Assembly (NCBI GenBank): GCA_977017575.1
Contig: CDRNVI010000047.1
Coordinates: 299,952-363,951, forward strand
Direction of reading: 5' to 3'
Origin: Paramoeba atlantica
Taxonomy: Eukaryota > Protista > Discosea
Length of the DNA: 64,000 bases
This document shows, in pieces, positions 56,319 to 64,000 of this stretch. Position 1 is the stretch's first letter; each line of letters starts with the position of its first letter. The translations under genes and the position numbers were made by a program. The notes under the pieces were generated by a model. It made no database searches. It was not told the DNA's origin and worked only from the letters and a program-made list of their open reading frames with translations.

Positions 56319-58088
56319 TTATTCCACTTTAAACTGACGATTGATTGATACTGGCTTTCCTGTAGCAGAAAACCCCTCTAACACCAACTCATAGGTTCCG
56401 ATCACATCCGAGGTATAAAGAACCAGCTTCTTGGACCCTTCAGATAAATCCAGATTTGGCTCCCAAAGCAATTGATACCTAAAGTCTGGAACACGAGATT
56501 GAGACCTAGCATAATTTTGGGAAAAGTACTGCTTATTCGGCTGTGGCTTAAACAAATCTATATTGACAATATGGGGTGAATAAAAATCGTTGTAAAAACC
56601 TCCATCAATAGTTTCAATGGATAGTACTCCTTGGAATTGCTGTGGCCCTAAAATAATTTTATCTCTTGAAAAACTAATAGTTTTGATTTTCTTGGCGCTA
56701 TAGTCCATAAAATCTTCATGTTTTTTGATAAAAAGACCATCAACAAAAACCATGGGTTGAAGACTTAAATCCGTGAACCCAGCTTCTGGCCTAATCTCAA
56801 AAAAGCGTTCGCCGTCATCCAATCTCCTAACGGATACTTGGTCTACTACCTCCACTATGGTTTCTTGAATACGGTTGAATCTGGTATAGTCATCCAAATC
56901 ATAGGTTGCCGTAAAATTTCTATAAAATGGCAATGCATGGTAAGCCGGAACAAGTGAATCCGACTTTACCTCCCTAAATCCGTTCTCAATTTGATTCTGG
57001 ATGCTTTTTTGTAAGATGAAGTCTTTCATTTCTTCGGAAATTTTAAAGTCCGTGACTTGAATTCCCTGATAGTTCTTTTGTTGCCTATCCAAATTGATTT
57101 CAAGACTATCCCAATTTTTGGCCAATACTTGAAGGGCCCCTGTAACATTATTGTATTCCTTGTCTATTATAAATCTAAACTTTCCGTTGGCGTCTGAAAT
57201 TGCCACATTGAACAAATAGTTCTCGCCAGGTAGTGAAAGTGATACCCTAACATCTGCCACCGGTTGCTTGGTTTCCTTGTTTACTACCGTACCTGAGACC
57301 ACTTCACCCCTTAACTCAGGTAGACTTACAGACCTGGTGTTGGGCTCATTAACTCCTTGGCGTCTCAAACTGCTCATAAAAGCTGCTGAAGACGTATGTG
57401 CCGGAGCTGCCACCGGGTCTATTTTTCTTACTGAAATCGCATAACTTCCTTTAGGTACCGATGAATCCATTGAAGTGATATCAACCGTCAGCTGCTCCCG
57501 TTTTCCCAAATTGGATTTGTCCAAGGAAAGTTGCACCAGTCCACTTTTGTCCAAAGTGCCCTTTTTTGTAGCTGCCGGTATAATAGTCACCGTATTGGCC
57601 CTAGTTTCAGATGAATCCTTGGGTATCTCCAAATAAGCATCCGGGGGTACTTGATATGGATTTATGATATGAATATCTGATTGAAAGAAACTGTCATTAC
57701 CAAAATTTTTCATCCATTGGGAATAAGCTAGCAGTTTATAGCTTCCCGTAGGTATTGAAGTGGGAACAAAAAAGTCACCATAACCGGAACCAGCATCCAA
57801 ACGTATTTTATGTGTGAATATCTCTTTGCCATCCTTGTCCACCAATGATACATAGGCAATTTTACTGATGTGGGTAAGCTCTTTTCTTCTGCTATCCAGA
57901 CAAAATACTTTGTACAATAAATATTCTCCAGAAAACAATAGTGATTCGTTGTAATGGACATAAACATTCTCTTGGGGAATAGTATTTAGCATTCCCGCCT
58001 CAACTCCATTCGAATTTGCTTGCCCAAAGGTTGTCAATGAATACATCATGAACATTCCTAAAATGATAATACAGTTTTTCATAATCAT
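56319..58088 (-). CDS. Large exported Bacteroidota protein (589 aa) of the type found beside TonB receptor/DUF4249 loci
   Basis: Signal peptide, ENVYVHYN..FSGEYLLYKVFC N-terminus and PDFRYQLLWEP..YTSDV.G.YEL.LEG C-terminus; 4-nt gap to the upstream gene. Confidence 0.8.
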   Translation of the reverse strand: MIMKNCIIILGMFMMYSLTTFGQANSNGVEAGMLNTIPQENVYVHYNESLLFSGEYLLYKVFCLDSRRKELTHISKIAYVSLVDKDGKEIFTHKIRLDAGSGYGDFFVPTSIPTGSYKLLAYSQWMKNFGNDSFFQSDIHIINPYQVPPDAYLEIPKDSSETRANTVTIIPAATKKGTLDKSGLVQLSLDKSNLGKREQLTVDITSMDSSVPKGSYAISVRKIDPVAAPAHTSSAAFMSSLRRQGVNEPNTRSVSLPELRGEVVSGTVVNKETKQPVADVRVSLSLPGENYLFNVAISDANGKFRFIIDKEYNNVTGALQVLAKNWDSLEINLDRQQKNYQGIQVTDFKISEEMKDFILQKSIQNQIENGFREVKSDSLVPAYHALPFYRNFTATYDLDDYTRFNRIQETIVEVVDQVSVRRLDDGERFFEIRPEAGFTDLSLQPMVFVDGLFIKKHEDFMDYSAKKIKTISFSRDKIILGPQQFQGVLSIETIDGGFYNDFYSPHIVNIDLFKPQPNKQYFSQNYARSQSRVPDFRYQLLWEPNLDLSEGSKKLVLYTSDVIGTYELVLEGFSATGKPVSINRQFKVE

Positions 58089-58092
58089 ATTT

Positions 58093-59304
58093 TTATTCTA
58101 TCCAAAAATCTGGTATTTCCGAAGTTCCTAAAACACTACAATCTCCACAAACTCTAGAAACTATCAAATAAGGCCCTTCCGTCATTTCCGGTTCCTCGTT
58201 ATCCAAAGTATATACAGCTGCCCCGCTTTCCAGAACAGGTCTTAGTACACATCCGCCAAAGCTGGCTATTGGAGGTGCACTTGGTTGACACGATTCCAAA
58301 TAAGGTGGCAAATCCTCACCTGGGTAGAAGTCATTATAGTTAAAAAAGATACGCTGTTCATCTACCGAAGCCACATCAAAATAGCCCAAAACCCTTTCCT
58401 CCCCACTCTCCGTGGAAAAAACGTTTCCTTGTAAAAAACCCGGTTGGGTCTGGGAAAATAAACTTTCAGATCCAGAGAGTTCATTTAGGGTTTCAAAAAA
58501 AGTAAAGGCCTCGTTGGACTGCACATACTGTCTAACCAGTATGCTATAGCGATGTGAAATGATATAGTTGTCCCGGTTAATAAACCGCACCATAAAATTA
58601 CTAACTCTGTCCTCGTCCAAATCTTCTGTAGAAGTGAGGATAATTGAATTGGAAAAATTGGTTGGGTAACAAATACGCTCATCCGTTTCATTGGCTACCT
58701 TTAAAACTCCGCAGCCACCTTCTGGGTCCCCAATCAACGAAATTGGACTCCATGATGGAGCAATAACCCTATAAGTCTCTTCATATTCATATCTATAGTT
58801 TTTTGCACTGTCCGTGGGGTCAAAACTATCCACCAAAATGGCCATACCTTCTTCTCCCAAATCATTGGTAATTCGTTCTGCCTTTACTTCGTCCAGGGTT
58901 GTAGCTGCGGTTAATTGCGTATTGTCCGAACCATAGTTTCTACCGTCTGAGGTAGTGATTTGCAGATTGTATTCCACACCTTGTTGCGCGGCAAATTGTT
59001 GGTCTGAAAAATAGATGCCGTTATCCCCTTCAATAAAATTATAGGTAGTTCCACCTCCAATAACCATTACTCGGGCGCCGGTTTCAGCCGTTGGTCCATC
59101 CGCATCAAACTCATAGGACCTGGATAAAACCACTTGTTGTGTTTTAAGTTCATTAGTAATTGTTGCTTCAATGACCAAGGCACTTTCAAAATCCACAAAA
59201 GTTGCCTGAAATGGTTCAATACAACTATACAATATGATAGCCAAAAAAGCTAAACTGATTTTGCAATATGTTATGAATCCTTTCCTTTTCATTTGATCAC
59301 TCAA
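58093..59304 (-). CDS. DUF4249-like outer-membrane lipoprotein (paralog 4)
   Basis: Lipobox LYSC, LVIEATIT, HRYSILVRQY, QPGFL.GN..VLGYF and a C-terminal CGDC..P.FW.E. Confidence 0.85.
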   Translation of the reverse strand: MSDQMKRKGFITYCKISLAFLAIILYSCIEPFQATFVDFESALVIEATITNELKTQQVVLSRSYEFDADGPTAETGARVMVIGGGTTYNFIEGDNGIYFSDQQFAAQQGVEYNLQITTSDGRNYGSDNTQLTAATTLDEVKAERITNDLGEEGMAILVDSFDPTDSAKNYRYEYEETYRVIAPSWSPISLIGDPEGGCGVLKVANETDERICYPTNFSNSIILTSTEDLDEDRVSNFMVRFINRDNYIISHRYSILVRQYVQSNEAFTFFETLNELSGSESLFSQTQPGFLQGNVFSTESGEERVLGYFDVASVDEQRIFFNYNDFYPGEDLPPYLESCQPSAPPIASFGGCVLRPVLESGAAVYTLDNEEPEMTEGPYLIVSRVCGDCSVLGTSEIPDFWIE

Positions 59305-60525
59305 TTATTCTTCTATCCAAAACTCTGGGACTTCCACACTTCCAATTTCCTGACAATCTCCACAAATCTTAGGCACAATAATATAAGGGCCAGTGCCAAT
59401 TGCTGAACTTTCATTCACTTCAACATATCCAACTAAATTTTCCTCCACTTGCGTACTTAAGACGCATCTAGGTGGAACACTTGGTGTAACTATTACAGGG
59501 GCACCTAATTGGCATGGGTCTATATAAGGAGGTAATTCCTCGTTCGGGAATAAATCCTCATAATTGAAAAAAATACGCTGCTCCTTAACTGATGAAACGT
59601 CAAAATAGCCTAAAACCTTTTCTTCCCCGTTGGTGTCTGAACTTAGATTCCCTTCTAGAAATCCTGGTTGCGTTTGAGAGAAAAAGCTATCATTCCCTGA
59701 AAATTCGTTAAGCGTTTCATAATAATTGAATGATTCATTGGACTGCACAAATTGACGTACCAAAATACTGTATCGATGAGAGATGATGTAATTGTTTTTA
59801 TTAAGGAAACGAACCATAAAATTGCTCACGCGGTCTTCATCCAAATCACTGGTATTGGTTTGTATAATAGCTTGCGAGAAATCTGTGCGATAACAGATTC
59901 TTTCAGATGTGACGTCAGGTATAACTCGAACCTGACATAATTCCGTTGCTTCATCCGGCGGAACCTTTTCTAAATCTTGGGGTGTCCAAAAAGGGGCAAT
60001 TATTCGATATGATTCTTCATATTGGTAGCGATAATTAACGGAATTTCCAGAAGGATCAAAACTATCAACAAAAATCCCTATTCCTTCTTCACCTAAATCA
60101 TTAGTGATTCTTTCTGCCCTTACTTCGTCTATCTGGGTGACCTGTGTTAACTGCATTTGGTCCGAACTGTAGGATCTGCCATTTTGTGTTTCCACAAGCA
60201 ATTGATAGGTGGTGTTTGGAAGGGCTGCAAACTCTTGTTGAGAAATATAGACTCCTGGAGAACTTTCTTGAAATATATAATCTGTTCCTCCTCCGCTCAC
60301 CGTTACGTTGGCATTGGATTCAGCAGAAGAACCATCTTCCTCAAACTCGTATGAACGGGTCAAAAACACCCGTTGACGTTCCATTTTATCCGTAATGGTT
60401 GCCTCTACAACAATGGCACTCTCAAAATCTTCAAAAGTTGTTTCAAAGGGTTCAATACAGCTGTGCAAACACATGATTATAAGGATTAATCCCAAACTAT
60501 TTTTTATCTTACAAATCTCTGTCAT
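59305..60525 (-). CDS. DUF4249-like outer-membrane lipoprotein (paralog 3)
   Basis: Lipobox LHSC and the same conserved motifs. Confidence 0.85.
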   Translation of the reverse strand: MTEICKIKNSLGLILIIMCLHSCIEPFETTFEDFESAIVVEATITDKMERQRVFLTRSYEFEEDGSSAESNANVTVSGGGTDYIFQESSPGVYISQQEFAALPNTTYQLLVETQNGRSYSSDQMQLTQVTQIDEVRAERITNDLGEEGIGIFVDSFDPSGNSVNYRYQYEESYRIIAPFWTPQDLEKVPPDEATELCQVRVIPDVTSERICYRTDFSQAIIQTNTSDLDEDRVSNFMVRFLNKNNYIISHRYSILVRQFVQSNESFNYYETLNEFSGNDSFFSQTQPGFLEGNLSSDTNGEEKVLGYFDVSSVKEQRIFFNYEDLFPNEELPPYIDPCQLGAPVIVTPSVPPRCVLSTQVEENLVGYVEVNESSAIGTGPYIIVPKICGDCQEIGSVEVPEFWIEE

Positions 60526-60534
60526 AAGTAATAT

Positions 60535-61740
60535 CTATTCTACCCAAAATTCTGGTGCTACATTGGCACCTAGCACTGTACAATCCCCGCATTCCCGTGG
60601 TACTACTAAGTATGGGCCTTGATCAGCCGGGGGGTCTTCATTTATATCCAAATAACTTACTTGATTGGCATCTACCATTGCGCTTAATACACAGCGTGCT
60701 CCGCCTTGGCTGATCAACATAGGCGCAATCTCCCTGCATGGATTGATGTATTCAGGAAGTTCTTCTCCTGGAAACAAATCATCGTAATTGAAGAAAATAC
60801 GTTCCTCGGAAACCGAACTGACATCAAAATAACCAAGCACTTTTTCATTTTGATCTAAATCGGATTGGACATTCCCAGCCAAAAATCCCGGTTGACTTTC
60901 TGAAAACAAACTCTCACTACTGGAAAATTGGTCAAGTGCATTGTAAAAAGCGGCAGAAGCATTAGACTGTGTATATTGTCGAACTTTTATGCTATATCGG
61001 TGAGAAATGATATAATTACTACGATCCATGAACCGAACCATAAACCGTTCCACACGGTTCTCATCCAGGTCAGTCGTACTGGCCAAAATCAAATCGTTTG
61101 AAAAATTAGTTGAAAAACAAACCTGATTTTGTTCTGTTTTCGGGATCACATCAACACCACATTCAATACCTGTACTCTTCAGCTCAAAATTGTTCCAATC
61201 CGGGGCAATGATTTTATAAGTTTCTTCATATTCATATCTAAAATTCCGTGTGTTTTCTGAATCATCCGAACTATCTACAAATATGGCGATGCCTTCTTGG
61301 CCAAGATCCGTTGTAATTCTATCGGCATATACTCGATCTAGTTCTATAGCTGCTGGTAAATTCTCTTCCGCAGAACTATAAGATCTGCCGTCCTGGGTTG
61401 TTATATTTAGTTGGTAGGATATACCGCTTTGTGCTGCAAATTCCTGATTCGAATTATACATACCAGGTGAAACTTCATCAAAAACGTAAACAACACCACC
61501 TCCAATTACGGAAACATTGGCATTGGATTCTGCTGAAGGTCCGTCTGCTTCAAATTCATAGGTACGGGTCAATCTAACTTGTTGAATTTCGTTTATATCA
61601 GTAATTGTTGCTTCGATTACAATTGCGCTTTCAAATTCATCAAAGCTTGCATTAAATTCCTCAATACAGGATTGACCTACTACTATGGTAAGTATCAAAA
61701 ATCCAGCTTTAAGGTAATTATACTTCACTTTGACTATCAT
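60535..61740 (-). CDS. DUF4249-like outer-membrane lipoprotein (paralog 2)
   Basis: Lipobox GQSC and the same conserved motifs. Confidence 0.85.
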   Translation of the reverse strand: MIVKVKYNYLKAGFLILTIVVGQSCIEEFNASFDEFESAIVIEATITDINEIQQVRLTRTYEFEADGPSAESNANVSVIGGGVVYVFDEVSPGMYNSNQEFAAQSGISYQLNITTQDGRSYSSAEENLPAAIELDRVYADRITTDLGQEGIAIFVDSSDDSENTRNFRYEYEETYKIIAPDWNNFELKSTGIECGVDVIPKTEQNQVCFSTNFSNDLILASTTDLDENRVERFMVRFMDRSNYIISHRYSIKVRQYTQSNASAAFYNALDQFSSSESLFSESQPGFLAGNVQSDLDQNEKVLGYFDVSSVSEERIFFNYDDLFPGEELPEYINPCREIAPMLISQGGARCVLSAMVDANQVSYLDINEDPPADQGPYLVVPRECGDCTVLGANVAPEFWVE

Positions 61741-62961
61741 TTATTCAGACCAAAATTCTGGCACCTCTGTGGTACCCAATACCGTACAATCTCCACAAAC
61801 TCTCGGCACCACATGAAATGGTCCACCATCAGACTGTGGCCCTTCCCATTCCTCATTGTCCGCCACAAACCGAATTAAATCCAAATCCACCATCGTTGAA
61901 AGAATACACCTAGGCTCCGGACCGTGCCCTTCGGCTATCTTCGGAGCTGATCTTTGACAAGGGTCTGCATAAGGTGGTAGGGCTTCGCCCGGAAAAAAAT
62001 CGTCATAGTTAAAAAACAATCTTCTCTCGGTTACTGTAGCAACATCGAAGTACCCCAATATTTTTTCACCAGTATTGGAATCTGAACGCACATTACCTTC
62101 CAAAAAACCCGGCTGAGTTTCTGAAAAAATACTCTCTAATCCTGAAAAATCCCTGAGGGTTTCATAAAAAGAAAAAGCTTCGTTGGACTGCACATATTGC
62201 CTCACCAAAATGCTGTAGCGATGTGAAAGAATGTAGTTGTCTCTGTTGACAAACCTCACCTGAAATCGCTCAATTCTGTTTTCATCAAAGTTTCCTGTGC
62301 TTGCTAGAATTATTTCGTTGGAACTTGTCGTTGGATAACAGATTTGTTCTTCCCGCTCTCTTGGCCATTTGATGGTTAGCGGGCAAACCGGTTGCGGTAC
62401 ATTTCTTAGTGCCACCGTATTCCAATCTGGGGCGATGACTTTATAAGTTTCTACGTACTCATACCTGTAATTGTTGAAACCACCTGTGGTACTGATGTTG
62501 TCAACAAAAATTCCCATCCCTTCTTCCCCTAAATCGTTAACAATTCGTTCTGCATATAGGTCATCCATAGTGGAAACAATAGGCAACCGCATCTCTGAAG
62601 AACTAAAAGAATTGCCATTTTGGGTGGAGATATGCAATTGATATGAAGTTCCAGAAACAGCCCTAAAGGGGTTAACAGAGGTGTAAACACCAGCCTCTGA
62701 TTCTTGGAACGTGTAGCTATTACCGTTGCTGTCCTGAACTTCTACCTGTACATTTCTCTCAGCCGTTGGGAGTTCATCTTCAAAGGTATAAGTCCTATTG
62801 ATGTATACTGTTTGGAGTTTGAGTTCATCGGTTATAGTGGCCTCAACCACAAGGGCATCTTCAAAATCGGACAATTTAGGGGTAAACTCCTCTATACAGC
62901 CTGTAAACGGTATGGACGTCAACAGGAGAACCCAAAAACCTTTATGCTCCTTTTGAAACAC
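61741..62961 (-). CDS. DUF4249-like outer-membrane lipoprotein (paralog 1)
   Basis: GTG start, lipobox FTGC and the same conserved motifs. Confidence 0.85.
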   Translation of the reverse strand: MFQKEHKGFWVLLLTSIPFTGCIEEFTPKLSDFEDALVVEATITDELKLQTVYINRTYTFEDELPTAERNVQVEVQDSNGNSYTFQESEAGVYTSVNPFRAVSGTSYQLHISTQNGNSFSSSEMRLPIVSTMDDLYAERIVNDLGEEGMGIFVDNISTTGGFNNYRYEYVETYKVIAPDWNTVALRNVPQPVCPLTIKWPREREEQICYPTTSSNEIILASTGNFDENRIERFQVRFVNRDNYILSHRYSILVRQYVQSNEAFSFYETLRDFSGLESIFSETQPGFLEGNVRSDSNTGEKILGYFDVATVTERRLFFNYDDFFPGEALPPYADPCQRSAPKIAEGHGPEPRCILSTMVDLDLIRFVADNEEWEGPQSDGGPFHVVPRVCGDCTVLGTTEVPEFWSE

Positions 62962-62966
62962 CTATT

Positions 62967-64000
62967 CTAAAATTTAAAATTATACGTTATAGTAGGAACT
63001 GGAATTGAAAATATTGAACTCTGGTATGCCTTGATATCCCCATCCTGAGTCACAAAAAACACAGAGTACGGGTTATTCCTGCCCAGAACATTGTATATGG
63101 AAAAGCTCCAAAAACTGTGCGCAAACTTTTTGATTTTATGGTTCCCTTCCATATTGAAACTTAAATCCAATCGGTAGTAATCCGGTATCCTAAACTTGTT
63201 TCGATCACTGTAAAACACAAATTCGGAGTTGTTGAATGCGAAGCTTCCAATAGGAAAGGTAACAGGTCTTCCGGTTTGGTACACAAAATTTGCAGAGGCG
63301 CTAAATCTCCTTGTGAATTTATAATTGGCCACCACACTTATATCATGGGGCTTGTCAAAATTGGACGGGAAAAATTCTCCATTGTTTACTCTTTCCTCGC
63401 TAAATTCGCTATCCAACTTCACAAAGGAACGAGAGTAAGTGTATCCTATCCACCCGTTCAATTTCCCCTCGTTTTTCTTCAGTAGAAACTCTACCCCATA
63501 TGCTTTTCCATCTCCTTGGATTACCTCAGTTTCGATAGCCTCGTTCAAGAGCAGTTGGGCTCCTACTTTGTAATCCAGAAGGTTCGTTTGCTTCTTGTAG
63601 TAACCTTCTAGACTGAGCTCATAATTATTGCCTTCAAAATTCTTGTATAGTCCCAATGAGGCCTGATATGCCTCTTGAGGTTTAATATTCAAGTCAGACA
63701 GCTTCCAGGTATCTGTTGGCGATACCGTTGTATTACTGGAAAGGGTATGGATGTACTGGTAAGCGTTATTGAGACTGGCTTTGATTGAAAAATCTGGGGT
63801 AAGGAAATACCGGGCCGAAACCCTGGCCTCCGGGCCTCCGTAAGTTTCAATTACCTCGTTTTTATCAAACTCCTGCGTTTCTACGAAGGTGCCACTGTTC
63901 TTTGGGGCATTATCTTGATATATACGTTGTGCAGAGGCGCCAAGTGCAGCATAAAAGGAAAATCTCATTCCAATATCAATCAACAATTTATCATTGATCT
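62967..64000 (-). CDS. TonB-dependent outer-membrane receptor, C-terminal beta-barrel part (runs off the window)
   Basis: PETYGGPE.RVSARY, LSLEGYYK, GWIGYTYSRS, R.PDYYRLDLS, NVLGR.NPYS motifs and a terminal aromatic TYNFKF. Confidence 0.92.
   Translation of the reverse strand, partial: INDKLLIDIGMRFSFYAALGASAQRIYQDNAPKNSGTFVETQEFDKNEVIETYGGPEARVSARYFLTPDFSIKASLNNAYQYIHTLSSNTTVSPTDTWKLSDLNIKPQEAYQASLGLYKNFEGNNYELSLEGYYKKQTNLLDYKVGAQLLLNEAIETEVIQGDGKAYGVEFLLKKNEGKLNGWIGYTYSRSFVKLDSEFSEERVNNGEFFPSNFDKPHDISVVANYKFTRRFSASANFVYQTGRPVTFPIGSFAFNNSEFVFYSDRNKFRIPDYYRLDLSFNMEGNHKIKKFAHSFWSFSIYNVLGRNNPYSVFFVTQDGDIKAYQSSIFSIPVPTITYNFKF

Overview
The window is a composite of two very different sequences. 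About 1-55859 looks like an intron-less eukaryotic (protist) genome. Its real genes lie on one strand and several are preceded by polypyrimidine tracts, a kinetoplastid-like organisation (inference). They encode a hypothetical protein, four LRR proteins, a Pam18-like J protein and an organellar TypA/BipA GTPase. From about 9.9 kb the region is a dense nest of mobile DNA. It holds an intact bacterial-type IS30 element with 26-bp TIRs and a 4-bp TSD, whose empty site survives in a paralogous duplicate. It also holds several decayed copies of a large Helitron2/Helentron-like Rep-PIF1 element, repeatedly linked to a multi-zinc-finger gene and an RRM gene. Further elements are a 13.75-copy 512-bp satellite derived from that Helitron, a tRNA-headed SINE, a Merlin/IS1595-like pseudogene and Tc1-type and other MITEs. 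A dispersed ~0.9-kb repeat family ends in a 47+29+47-bp cruciform. At 55859/55860 the sequence switches abruptly to a Flavobacteriaceae-like bacterial operon: a TonB-dependent receptor, five DUF4249-like lipoproteins and one large exported protein. This is either an assembly chimera or a lateral insertion. All family assignments come from motif recognition by eye; no database searches were run, so novelty claims are unverified.
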